Assembly (NCBI GenBank): GCA_964463915.1
Contig: CAYXEH010000009.1
Location: 1 to 63,363, forward strand
Reading direction: 5' to 3'
Origin: an uncultured Bacteroidales bacterium
GTDB taxonomy: Bacteria; Bacteroidota; Bacteroidia; Bacteroidales; UBA7960
Length of the DNA: 63,363 nucleotides
A program made the translations under genes and the position numbers. Below are positions 19,786 to 29,248 of this stretch, piece after piece (positions within the stretch are counted from its first letter, which is position 1; the number at the start of each line of letters is the position of its first letter). The notes under the pieces are model-generated. The model ran no database searches, was not told the origin of the DNA, and saw only the letters and a program-made list of their open reading frames with translations.

Positions 19786-21318
19786 TCAATCTTTGTATTT
19801 ATCCGCAAACTTTTGCCAATCTGTGAATTCACTGGCCTTCATTACACGGGGAACTTTCACCTGTCCGCCTTTGGCTTTGTTTTGTTCAACCCATGCATAG
19901 AATGTGTCAGGGCTGGTCAGTGTGACCTTCACATCTTTAAGGGCTTTTGTCCGGGCCATCGCATAGGCTTTATTTGCCTCTTTCAATGCTATGTCAAGGG
20001 CTTTGGCCAGGTCTTTTTCACTGGCACGGCCTTTGGCTCCGAGATACCAGTGGTGCATATAGTCTTGCCCGGGGCGTACAGCCGCAACTGTAAATTCCGG
20101 AATGCGCAGCCCGAAGGTATCCTCCAGTTGTTTCACAGCGTCATTCATTTGAATAACAGAAAGTTGTGATCCCACCACGTTAAGAAAATGTTTGGTTCGT
20201 CCGGTGATGACAATTTCTGCTTTGTCCTTGTCAGTGAACCGGATGGTATCTCCGATCGTGAAGCGCCAGGAACCGGCAACCGTTGAAATGACCAGTACAT
20301 AGTCTGTATCGTTTTCTACTTCTTCAAGTGACAATGCCCTGGTACCCTGAACAATGCGGCCGTTTTCATCAACATTGTTGCTGGTAAACGGGACAAATTC
20401 AAAATATATTCCACTGTTGGTGGCTAAAGCCATTGCCATATCATTGTTGGGCCTGGACTGGAATGCAAGGAAGCCTTCTGAGGCCAGGTAAGTATCCAGG
20501 TAGGTAAGGGGTTTACCCATTAATGACTCAAACGATTTTTTGTAGGGTCCGAATGCCACCCCCCCTGAGGCGAAGACTTTCAGGTTGGGCCATATTTGAT
20601 GGATATTATCCGCTTTGTTATACTCAATGACCCTTTTCAGCATCAACTCATTCCATGAAGGGATACCGACCATGGCACCAATGTCCCAATTGGGAGCTTC
20701 TTTGGCAATGGCATCAACCCGCTCATCCCAGTCTTTTATTGAAGCGATCTTTTTCCCGGGGCGGTAAAAACGTTCAAACCAGGAAGGAATATTGCCTGCA
20801 GCGATTCCACTGATTTCTCCCTCCAGGTAATGTCCCGATTTTTTCAGGTCTGTGGTGCTGCCGAGCATCATAATCTCTTTTTCAAAAAAACTGGCCGGAA
20901 AATTAAAGTTTGAGGTGGCCAGTATCTGGTAAATGCTGGTTTTTCGAATTGCGTCCAGCATCTCTGCGGTTATGGGAATCCTTTTGCTTTCCTTGCCGGT
21001 GGTACCTGCGCTTAAGGCATAATATTTAACCCTCCCGGGCCAGGTAACATTGGCTGCATCCGTTTCTCTCTGTTTATTCCACCAACGGGAATTCATCGCA
21101 TCGTAATCATGATAAGGAACTGCTTCGGCAAAAGCAGCAGCCAGATTGTCCCGCTTTAGTATATTATTGAATGCATATGTTTGCCCGAATTCTGTGGATG
21201 CTCCCTTTTCCAGTAAATCCTTCAATATGTTTTTTTGTGACTCCACCGGGTCATGATCCGGTAATACGAAATCCGTGATTCCAAGGGCAGCTTTTATGAT
21301 ATTTCCAAGTAAGACCAT
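19786..21318 (-). CDS. GH3-family acyl-adenylate/amido synthetase-like protein
   Basis: SAGTTG, YLASEGF, FEFVP, GDTIRF, ITGRTK, GGQVKVPR. Confidence 0.85.
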   Translation of the reverse strand: MVLLGNIIKAALGITDFVLPDHDPVESQKNILKDLLEKGASTEFGQTYAFNNILKRDNLAAAFAEAVPYHDYDAMNSRWWNKQRETDAANVTWPGRVKYYALSAGTTGKESKRIPITAEMLDAIRKTSIYQILATSNFNFPASFFEKEIMMLGSTTDLKKSGHYLEGEISGIAAGNIPSWFERFYRPGKKIASIKDWDERVDAIAKEAPNWDIGAMVGIPSWNELMLKRVIEYNKADNIHQIWPNLKVFASGGVAFGPYKKSFESLMGKPLTYLDTYLASEGFLAFQSRPNNDMAMALATNSGIYFEFVPFTSNNVDENGRIVQGTRALSLEEVENDTDYVLVISTVAGSWRFTIGDTIRFTDKDKAEIVITGRTKHFLNVVGSQLSVIQMNDAVKQLEDTFGLRIPEFTVAAVRPGQDYMHHWYLGAKGRASEKDLAKALDIALKEANKAYAMARTKALKDVKVTLTSPDTFYAWVEQNKAKGGQVKVPRVMKASEFTDWQKFADKYKD

Positions 21319-21450
21319 TAATAGATTCTGTTAATTAATTAAGTATCTGATAATCAGACTGTTCGATATTTGTATAAGCGTATTATTAAAGATACAACGA
21401 AAATTACTGTCGTCACATACATTTATAATAATTTAATATTTTTCGACTCG

Positions 21451-22491
21451 TCACTTTGCGGTTTTTCTTTTATCTGTAGATAATTGGCCGCAGGCCGCCT
21501 GAATATCTGTTCCCCGTGATTTCCTGATGGTGGTGGTAATTCCCTTCATCTCCAGCGCCTTTTTGAAAGATTGCATTATTTCCTCATCGGGCGATTGCAG
21601 GTCACTCCCCGGTACGGGGTGGAACCGCATCAGGTTGATCCGGCAGGGGATGCGGTGTAACAGGCGCGTCAGGGCCTTAATGTGTTTCGGGCTGTGATTT
21701 AAGTTTTTAAATACGATATATTCAAAGGATACCTTTCGTTGTTTTTCCAGGGGAAATCTTTCTATGGTAGCAATCACCTCTTCCAGCGGATGTATTTTCT
21801 GCATGGGGATCAGTTTACGGCGTTCTTCATCGAAGGGGGAGTGCAGGCTGACAGCCAGGTTGCAGCGGGTGTTTTCCAGGAAGGATTTCATCCCGGGGAC
21901 CAGTCCGATGGTCGAAACGGTTATCCGTCGCGGACTCATTCCATAACCATACGCAGAAGTAAGTATCTCGATGCTCTTCATGAGGGCATCCATGTTGTCA
22001 AATGGTTCTCCCATCCCCATGTAAACGATATTGGTCAACAACCCTGTTTCAGGAAGGCTGTGAACCTGGTTGAGTATTTCGCCGGTTGTCAGCTGGCCCT
22101 GGAGTCCCTGGCGGGCGGTCATGCAAAAACTGCAACCCATCCGGCATCCCACCTGTGATGAAATACAAAGGGTGTGGCGCTCTCCGTCCGGAATGTAAGC
22201 AGATTCAATAAACCCGTTATGTTGATGGGTCGGAAACAGGTATTTTTTTGTTCCGTCCGATCCTGTTTCCACATCCACCGGGGCCCTCCATTCAATACAG
22301 TAATCCCTGGCCAGCTCCTCTCTAATTTTCACAGAGAGGTTCGTCATTTGGTCGATGTGCCGTACGCGCTTTTTGTAGATCCATTCGGCAATCTGCCGGG
22401 CAGTATAGGTTGGCCAGTTGTGCGCGCTGACCAGTGATTGAAGTTCTTCGAGGGTTTTCCCTGTCAGGGATTGCCGGGGTTCTTGTGCCAT
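21451..22491 (-). CDS. rlmN: 23S rRNA (A2503-C2) methyltransferase RlmN
   Basis: CISSQVGCRMGCSFC radical-SAM motif, MGMGEP, AVSLH, DIQAACGQL. Confidence 0.95.
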   Translation of the reverse strand: MAQEPRQSLTGKTLEELQSLVSAHNWPTYTARQIAEWIYKKRVRHIDQMTNLSVKIREELARDYCIEWRAPVDVETGSDGTKKYLFPTHQHNGFIESAYIPDGERHTLCISSQVGCRMGCSFCMTARQGLQGQLTTGEILNQVHSLPETGLLTNIVYMGMGEPFDNMDALMKSIEILTSAYGYGMSPRRITVSTIGLVPGMKSFLENTRCNLAVSLHSPFDEERRKLIPMQKIHPLEEVIATIERFPLEKQRKVSFEYIVFKNLNHSPKHIKALTRLLHRIPCRINLMRFHPVPGSDLQSPDEEIMQSFKKALEMKGITTTIRKSRGTDIQAACGQLSTDKRKTAK

Positions 22492-22518
22492 GGGTTTTTA
22501 CGGGTATTTGCAGGTTTG

Positions 22519-22553
22519 CAAAAGTACGAAAATTATGGATTTTTGTATCTTTG
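22519..22553. promoter_or_regulatory. Back-to-back divergent -7 elements (TACTTTTG minus, 22526-22519; TATCTTTG plus, 22546-22553)
   Basis: Both match TAnnTTTG and sit about 28 nt upstream of the rlmN and 22581 start codons. Confidence 0.6.
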
Positions 22554-22580
22554 CCAGCGTATCCAAATTACTTCAAAACA

Positions 22581-23507
22581 ATGCAACGTAATCTGCATTC
22601 CGTTTTAAAAGCATTTTCCTCCTCTTTGGCCAGGGGGAAGGCTTTTCCATTCATTTGTTTATTTGCCTTTATTACCTTGCAGGGATTTGCCACCCAGGAT
22701 CCTGCCGGGAAGGAGTGCTCTTTTCGAAAGGACGACCGGGGGCAACTGCGTGCCAGTTATTTATCAGATTTGCCTGACCAGCTGACTTACCTGAAAATTG
22801 ATCAGGGTTTTTCCAAAGGGCTTTTGTTTGACCAGAAAATGTCAAATTTATATTATGATGGCCCCGGTGGAATTCTTTCCTTTGCCATTCACCGCCGTTC
22901 AGCCACCCATATTTCCGAATGGCATTTAGCCCGCGCCACATTCCAGTATTCCCGGCCCCACCACGAAAGTACACTGCTTTATAATTTCTCTGGTGGCACA
23001 AGGTTTGTATATCTGCGTCGCCTGGAACCGCGCGGGGCATTCCGTTTCTATGGAGGCGGGCAAGTAGATCTGACAAGTGATTTCCGGGTTATTCCGGCCA
23101 TGGGGAATTCATCTTTGTTTGCCAACGCTATGGGATCCTTGCAACCCAGGGTGGATATTTCTTATGCGTTATTAATGTTTGATCGTGAATGGAACTTTGA
23201 CTTTTCGCTCGCAGCATCCCTGATTGGTTATAATATGGGGTTTCCTGACTATGGAAGCAGTTATCGTATCGGGGATGACGGAGGAATCAGCCTGCAAAAC
23301 TTTGAAAGTTTTCTGACCCATCCGGGAAATACTGCGCAGATCAGTAGCGGCATTTTCTACCGGCATTCTTTTGGCAATGAATACAACCCCAACTGGTGCA
23401 GAATCGGATATAACTGGGATTATTTACGTGTAAATGGAAATCATGACCTACGTTTGTATAATGTACGTCATCAATTGGTTTTGGAATTATACTTTCTGTT
23501 AAATTGA
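22581..23507 (+). CDS. Putative outer-membrane beta-barrel (DUF3316-like) partnered with S41 peptidase
   Basis: Signal-like segment, alternating aromatic beta-strands, C-terminal LELYF; ATG 22581 downstream of promoter; DUF call from memory of this gene pairing. Confidence 0.5.
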   Translation: MQRNLHSVLKAFSSSLARGKAFPFICLFAFITLQGFATQDPAGKECSFRKDDRGQLRASYLSDLPDQLTYLKIDQGFSKGLLFDQKMSNLYYDGPGGILSFAIHRRSATHISEWHLARATFQYSRPHHESTLLYNFSGGTRFVYLRRLEPRGAFRFYGGGQVDLTSDFRVIPAMGNSSLFANAMGSLQPRVDISYALLMFDREWNFDFSLAASLIGYNMGFPDYGSSYRIGDDGGISLQNFESFLTHPGNTAQISSGIFYRHSFGNEYNPNWCRIGYNWDYLRVNGNHDLRLYNVRHQLVLELYFLLN

Positions 23508-23570
23508 TACAGATCCTGTAAAACATTTGAAACCAAATTAAATTGACAGGTCCTTCTGAAAATACCAGGT

Positions 23571-24602
23571 ATGAACAAAAATAAATACATAATAATCGGA
23601 TTGCTGGCAATGCTTCCGTTGTTTCCTTCCTGTGAAAAAGTCTTTATGGAGGAGGAGGCAGGTGATGATCCGCAAGCGATATTTGATGAGGTATGGACAT
23701 TCGCTGACCGGCACTATTCTTTTTTCATGGAGAAGGAGGTAGACTGGGATGCGGTTTATGACCAATACCATGAAAAGGTACGATTTGATATGGGGCCGGT
23801 AGAATTGTTCGACCTTTGTGCAGACATGTTATATGAACTCCGCGACGGGCATGTCAACCTGGTGAGTTCTTTTGACCGTTCCCGTTACTGGGAATGGTAT
23901 CTTGACAGCCCTGAGAATTTTTATTACAGCATCATACAACGGCATTATTTACAAAACAGGCAGCGGTATATCGGTCCCTTGCAGTTCGTGAAGCTTGAGC
24001 AGGATATCTATTACGTGTATTATGGAAGTTTCGCCAACACGGTCAGTGAGAGCAATCTGAATATGCTGATCAATACCCTTAATTCTGCAGGAGGACGCAC
24101 TGGTTTAATCATTGATGTGCGTAACAACGGAGGTGGCAGCCCGGACAATGCCCGTGATATCGCTGCCCGCTTTACCGGCGAGCAGCGTTTTGCAGGAACC
24201 AATTACATTAAAAACGGACCGGGGCACGAGGATTTCCGGGAAGAAGAGGTGCATATTCGTCCCCACGACGGCCCCCGCTTTGACGGGAAAGTGGTGGTGC
24301 TAACCAACCGGAAAAGCTATAGTGCCACTACTTTTTTTGCCCAATACATGAAAGTGCTCCCCAATGTTACCCTGGTGGGTGATACAACCGGTGGGGGTGG
24401 AGGGCTTCCTGCCTTCAGGGATCTTCCTAACGGGTGGATATTGCGCCTCTCCAGCAGCCGTTTCCTGGATCCGGATGGAAACAGCATTGAGGCAGGTGTT
24501 GACCCGCATGTTACACGGCATCTTTCCCCCGAAAGCATTGAGCAGGGGCGGGATGATATCATTGAAGAAGCGCTTGAAATACTCAGACAAACAGGTAATT
24601 AG
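23571..24602 (+). CDS. S41-family peptidase lipoprotein
   Basis: Lipobox FPSC; LRDGHVNL, IDVRNNGGG, SYSAT, GDTTGGG, GVDP. Confidence 0.88.
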   Translation: MNKNKYIIIGLLAMLPLFPSCEKVFMEEEAGDDPQAIFDEVWTFADRHYSFFMEKEVDWDAVYDQYHEKVRFDMGPVELFDLCADMLYELRDGHVNLVSSFDRSRYWEWYLDSPENFYYSIIQRHYLQNRQRYIGPLQFVKLEQDIYYVYYGSFANTVSESNLNMLINTLNSAGGRTGLIIDVRNNGGGSPDNARDIAARFTGEQRFAGTNYIKNGPGHEDFREEEVHIRPHDGPRFDGKVVVLTNRKSYSATTFFAQYMKVLPNVTLVGDTTGGGGGLPAFRDLPNGWILRLSSSRFLDPDGNSIEAGVDPHVTRHLSPESIEQGRDDIIEEALEILRQTGN

Positions 24603-24668
24603 GGAGTGAATTACTGCTTTCCTGTCTCTATAATCAGGCTTTTCCTTGCGCGAAGTAAAAAAAATTAC

Positions 24669-24676
24669 TACTTTTG
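24669..24676 (+). promoter_or_regulatory. -7 promoter element TACTTTTG upstream of porin-opuA unit
   Basis: TAnnTTTG match about 200 nt before the porin ATG. Confidence 0.5.
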
Positions 24677-24873
24677 CATGTTATGTGCCCCACGGGGGTA
24701 TTCTGCTTGTGGTTTCTTTCGGAACCCATTCTGCTCAACAATAGGATAAACCCAAACTATCTGACTTGTTGATTTCTGGAATAGAATCAAATAGAATTGT
24801 TAAATCAAAAGCTTTGAATGAAGAGATTCTTCAGACTCTTACTTATTTTTAGTATTCACCAAATTATTGATTT

Positions 24874-26121
24874 ATGAAATTTTTACGCTTAACAGGATTT
24901 GTAGTATTGATGATGTTGCTGGGTATGGGTTGGTCAACCAACGCTTTTGCCCAGGACGAGGAGGATTTTGTGCAATTTGGCGGTGCTGTCCGCTATAATT
25001 TTGTGAGTCAGCATTACGAAAGTGATGCAATGCCTACCAGTACCTATGCCACCTGGGATACGTGGCGGCTGAATGTTGCAGCCAGGTACAGCGATGTGAC
25101 GCTGAATTTCGAATACCGTTTTTATCCCACTTTCAACACCCACTTTATCAAGGAGGGTTATCTTGGTTATGATTTTTCCGAGAACCTGAACATGCAACTG
25201 GGTGTTACGCAGGTACCTTTTGGTAACCTGACGTATAACTCACATAGCTGGTGGTTCATGAGCGGCTATTATGTCGGGTTGGAGGATGACTTCGATATGG
25301 GTGTTAAATTCAGCTACGATCTCAGTGACCGGCTGAACCTGATGATGGCTTATTTCCGTCAGCAGGAACCCGCGGGACCTGCACATAACACAGCTCCCTA
25401 TGGCGGTCCGGGCGCAGGAACCTATTCCTACAATGTCATTCCTGACCCTGACGGGGTTTTATCAGGAGCACCTGCCCACATTCGCGAAATGAATCAGCTT
25501 AATGTACGTCTTGGTTATGAGATCACCCCGGGCGTAGAGGTCGGTTTTTCTGCCCAGCGTCAGGGCCTTTACAACTCCGTACTGGATGAGATTGATTATG
25601 GGCATGCCCTTGCAGCTCATGGCGCGGCAACTTTCGGTGACTGGAGTGTGAAAGGGCAGTTCATTAATTACGATTACGCAGCCAGAAATGATGACGGTGA
25701 AACAATGGACCGTGTACAGATGGGTGCTTATGGTGATCCCTATTATGGAGATGGCGTGGCTGCAAGGGCCAACATCCTTTCCATGGGCATCGGCAAAGGC
25801 ATCGATGTGGACCTGGGCCCCATTTCCAACATCATGCCTTATGTGGATTACGCACTGATGACCAAAGACGGGCAGATGGAGGTAGACGGCCAGATGTTTG
25901 ATTTTGAAGACAGCCATATGCTGGTTCCCGGTTTCCTGGTCACAGCCGGTAACATCTGGACTTATGTCGATTTTGCCATGGGTAAAAACCATCCCTGGCT
26001 GACCGATAATTTCGGTACAGGAATGGGTGCCGGGCAACTTGACAACCAGGGCAGACCAATTCCCGTAGATGAACAGGACTGGAACCTGCGTTTCAACATC
26101 AATGTTGGATATTATTTCTAG
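24874..26121 (+). CDS. Outer-membrane porin-like beta-barrel linked to betaine ABC transporter
   Basis: Signal peptide AFA-Q, GVTQVPFG, amphipathic strands, terminal RFNINVGYYF. Confidence 0.75.
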   Translation: MKFLRLTGFVVLMMLLGMGWSTNAFAQDEEDFVQFGGAVRYNFVSQHYESDAMPTSTYATWDTWRLNVAARYSDVTLNFEYRFYPTFNTHFIKEGYLGYDFSENLNMQLGVTQVPFGNLTYNSHSWWFMSGYYVGLEDDFDMGVKFSYDLSDRLNLMMAYFRQQEPAGPAHNTAPYGGPGAGTYSYNVIPDPDGVLSGAPAHIREMNQLNVRLGYEITPGVEVGFSAQRQGLYNSVLDEIDYGHALAAHGAATFGDWSVKGQFINYDYAARNDDGETMDRVQMGAYGDPYYGDGVAARANILSMGIGKGIDVDLGPISNIMPYVDYALMTKDGQMEVDGQMFDFEDSHMLVPGFLVTAGNIWTYVDFAMGKNHPWLTDNFGTGMGAGQLDNQGRPIPVDEQDWNLRFNINVGYYF

Positions 26122-26136
26122 AATGAGTATATTTAC

Positions 26137-26169
26137 AAGTGGGGGTTTTAGATGTACCCCCACTTTTTT
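26137..26169 (+). terminator. Intrinsic terminator-like hairpin between porin and opuAC
   Basis: aagtgggggt / acccccactt stem followed by a T-run. Confidence 0.75.
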
Positions 26170-26204
26170 CTAATTTAGAAACAAAACAACAGGAGGAAAA
26201 CCAA

Positions 26205-27077
26205 ATGAAAATTTCAAAGACATTACTTACCAAATCTCTGTCAATTGCAGCTTCGGTTGTTTTTGCTGCAGGATTGCTTTTTAGCATGAGCTCATGCCAA
26301 TCCGGGACTGAAGAAATCAAACTCGGTTACGTGTTGTGGGACTCCGAAATTGCTTCCACACACGTAGTTGCGGCGGTTATTCAGGACGACCTCGGCTACG
26401 AAGTTGACCTGACTTCTGTAGATGCCGGCCCCATGTGGATGGGTGTGGCAAGAGGCGACTTCGATGCAATGGTTGCGGGTTGGCTTCCGGTTACCCATGA
26501 GGCTTACCTTGAAGAAACCAAGGATGATGTAATCAATCTCGGCGCCAATCTCGAGGGTGCACGTCTGGGTCTTGTCGTTCCTGAGTATGTTCCCGTGAAC
26601 AGCATCGAAGAGCTGAATGACCACGTGGATGAATTTGACGGTGAAATCATCGGTATTGATCCTGGTGCAGGGCTGATGGCTGCCACAGAGAGAACCATTG
26701 AAGAATACGATCTGGACTATGAACTGGTATCAGGCTCGGATGCAGCAATGACCGCCGCTTTGGAGCGTGCCATTGATCGTGAGGAATGGATCATCGTTAC
26801 CGGATGGACCCCACACTGGAAATTTGCCGCCCATGACCTGAAATACCTTGAGGATCCTAAAAAGACCCTGGGGGAAGCTGAACACATTGCCACCATCGTG
26901 CATCCTGATTTACAGGAAAAGGCACCTGATGTTTACACTTTCCTGGATAACTTTTACTGGACACCTGAGGAGATGGCTGAAGTAATGATTCTTATTGAAG
27001 AAGGAATGGAACCCATGGAAGCAGCCAGAACCTGGATTGCTGAGAATCGCGACAGGGTAGACCAATGGCTTCCGTAA
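26205..27077 (+). CDS. opuAC: Glycine betaine/proline betaine ABC substrate-binding lipoprotein (OpuAC/ProX)
   Basis: Lipobox SSC; WDSE, WLPVTH, GIDPGAG, GWTPHW, LKYLEDPK; AGGAGG at 26191-26196. Confidence 0.9.
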   Translation: MKISKTLLTKSLSIAASVVFAAGLLFSMSSCQSGTEEIKLGYVLWDSEIASTHVVAAVIQDDLGYEVDLTSVDAGPMWMGVARGDFDAMVAGWLPVTHEAYLEETKDDVINLGANLEGARLGLVVPEYVPVNSIEELNDHVDEFDGEIIGIDPGAGLMAATERTIEEYDLDYELVSGSDAAMTAALERAIDREEWIIVTGWTPHWKFAAHDLKYLEDPKKTLGEAEHIATIVHPDLQEKAPDVYTFLDNFYWTPEEMAEVMILIEEGMEPMEAARTWIAENRDRVDQWLP

Positions 27078-27093
27078 TTTTTTGTAGTTGTTT

Positions 27094-28332
27094 ATGAAAG
27101 AAAAAATTGTTGTCAAAAATCTGACAAAAATTTTTGGCCGCCATCCCGGAAAGGCCCTTGATGCATTAAAAGAAGGAAAAAGCAAAGCAGACATCCTGAA
27201 TGACCACAATCAGGTGGTGGGTGTCTACGATGTGTCCTTTGAAGTACATGAAAAAGAAATTTTTGTGCTCATGGGTCTTTCCGGCAGCGGGAAATCCACA
27301 CTGGAGCGTTTGTTGAACCGTCTTCATGAACCCACCACCGGAGAGATCCTTATTGATGGAACAGATATCACCAAGCTGAATACCAATGATCTTCGGGAAT
27401 TCCGGCGCAAGCATTTTTGCGGGATGGTCTTCCAGAATTTTGGTATTTTGCCCCACCGGACAGTTGCTGAAAATGTAGAGTTCGGCCTGGAACTTCAAGG
27501 CGTGGATAAGGATAAGCGTCGCGAAAAAGCCATGAAGGTGATCGAACAGGTGGGTCTTACCGGTAATGAGCACAGTTATCCGTCCCAACTTTCCGGCGGA
27601 ATGCAGCAACGGGTCGGACTGGCCCGGGGATTATCGGTGGATGCCGGAATTATGTTGATGGATGAAGCTTTCAGTGCGCTTGACCCACTTATCCGGCGGC
27701 AGATGCAGGATGAGTTGCTGGAGCTCCAGGATACAATGCAGAAAACCATCATTTTCGTGACGCATGACCTGGATGAAGCTTTCCGGATCGGCGATCGCAT
27801 TGCCATTATGAAAGATGGCCGTATTGAGCAGATTGGTACGGCAGAAGAGATCATTTCCAAACCGGCGAGCGATTACGTCAGGGCGTTTGTGGAGGACATG
27901 AACCGGGCAGCTGTGCTGACCGCCGGAGCGATCATGCAGCCTACCGTCGAAAGGGCATTTCCCGGCGACGGACCCAGGACGATCCTTCGAAAGATCAGAA
28001 AAAACAACCTGACCGGCATATTAATGACGGATACAAAGCGAAATCTGAAAGGGTACATTCGTGCCCGGGAGCTTGTGGATTATCTGAACAAGCATAAGGA
28101 AGAGGAAAAAGTGCCGTTTGATGACTCCCTGGTACACCAGCCATCTGTGGTGACCCCGGATATGTCTATGACCGAGGTGATGAATATCTATAACAATACA
28201 GAATTCGGACCCCTGGCTGTCGTGGATGAAGACAACAAATTGCAGGGAGTGATTGCAAAAGGCAACATTATTTCGGCCCTCTCAGAACAAGATGACGAAG
28301 CGATTGGTCAGAGCGAGAAAAACGCAGATTAA
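27094..28332 (+). CDS. opuAA: Betaine ABC ATPase with CBS pair (OpuAA/ProV)
   Basis: MGLSGSGKST, LSGGMQQRVGLAR, MDEAFSALDPLIR, C-terminal CBS-like pair. Confidence 0.92.
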   Translation: MKEKIVVKNLTKIFGRHPGKALDALKEGKSKADILNDHNQVVGVYDVSFEVHEKEIFVLMGLSGSGKSTLERLLNRLHEPTTGEILIDGTDITKLNTNDLREFRRKHFCGMVFQNFGILPHRTVAENVEFGLELQGVDKDKRREKAMKVIEQVGLTGNEHSYPSQLSGGMQQRVGLARGLSVDAGIMLMDEAFSALDPLIRRQMQDELLELQDTMQKTIIFVTHDLDEAFRIGDRIAIMKDGRIEQIGTAEEIISKPASDYVRAFVEDMNRAAVLTAGAIMQPTVERAFPGDGPRTILRKIRKNNLTGILMTDTKRNLKGYIRARELVDYLNKHKEEEKVPFDDSLVHQPSVVTPDMSMTEVMNIYNNTEFGPLAVVDEDNKLQGVIAKGNIISALSEQDDEAIGQSEKNAD

Positions 28333-28355
28333 GTATTCTTTAAAGCAAACAATTA

Positions 28356-29192
28356 ATGTTTCCATTTCGTATACCCATTAAAAACTGGGTGTCTGCTGCG
28401 GTAGATTACCTGGTCAGCGAACTCGGACCGGTATTTGACGGCTTCAGTGCCATCATTTATTTTCTGGTAGATAACCTGAAAGACGGGATGTTTTATTTGC
28501 ATCCCATCATCCTGATTTTGCTTATTGCTGCACTGACCTGGAAAATGGCAGGATGGCAAATAAGTATTTTCGCCCTTGTTGGTCTGTTGATTACCGAAAA
28601 CATCGGGTTGTGGGAGCCTTTCGTGGAAACCCTCGCCCTGGTATTAACGGCTGAGATACTGATAATGATCGTCGGTTTACCCCTGGGGATCTATGCTGCC
28701 CGGAGCAACCGATTTAATTCGATTATCAGACCTGTGCTTGACTTTATGCAAACCATGCCGGCTTTTGTTTACCTGATCCCGGCAGTGATGTTTTTCGGGT
28801 TGGGCCTTGTGCCGGGTGTGGTGGCCACCTTTGTGTTCGCCTTGCCACCTTTGATCCGACTAACCAATCTGGGTATCCGGCAGGTGCCCCATGAATTGAT
28901 CGAGGCGGCAGATGCATTCGGGGCCACCCCGATGCAAAAACTGTTGAAGGTTCAGATTCCGGTCGCCAAGCCTACCATCATGGCAGGGGTGAATCAATCG
29001 ATTATGCTGGGTCTTTCAATGGTTGTTATTGCGGCCATGATTGGTGCCGGTGGAGTTGGTACCGATGTGTTACGCGGTATACAGCGCCTGCAGGTCGGAG
29101 AAGGTTTTGAAGCAGGGCTGGTAGTTGTTATACTGGCCATCATCCTTGACCGGCTTACAGCCAGTTTCGGAAAAACCAAACAACCCGGATAA
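28356..29192 (+). CDS. opuAB: Betaine ABC permease (OpuAB/ProW)
   Basis: PVLDFMQTMPAFVYLIP, EAADAFG, MAGVNQ, SMVVIAAMIGAGG. Confidence 0.92.
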   Translation: MFPFRIPIKNWVSAAVDYLVSELGPVFDGFSAIIYFLVDNLKDGMFYLHPIILILLIAALTWKMAGWQISIFALVGLLITENIGLWEPFVETLALVLTAEILIMIVGLPLGIYAARSNRFNSIIRPVLDFMQTMPAFVYLIPAVMFFGLGLVPGVVATFVFALPPLIRLTNLGIRQVPHELIEAADAFGATPMQKLLKVQIPVAKPTIMAGVNQSIMLGLSMVVIAAMIGAGGVGTDVLRGIQRLQVGEGFEAGLVVVILAIILDRLTASFGKTKQPG

Positions 29193-29212
29193 TCCAGGAA
29201 ATCCTTTTCATT

Positions 29213-29248
29213 AAAAGCCCGTTGATCTTTGATTAACGGGCTTTTTTT
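29213..29248. terminator. Bidirectional terminator overlapping the gltS-like stop codon
   Basis: aaaagcccgttgatc / gattaacgggctttt stem with A and T runs on both sides. Confidence 0.75.

Noticed and set aside
22434-22580. N-terminal extension of the barrel ORF in the ORF track (likewise 9544, 26139, 37256, 40100, 45709, 55060)
   Set aside because: Extensions overlap promoters, terminators or neighbouring genes; downstream ATGs give proper signal peptides or TM starts.
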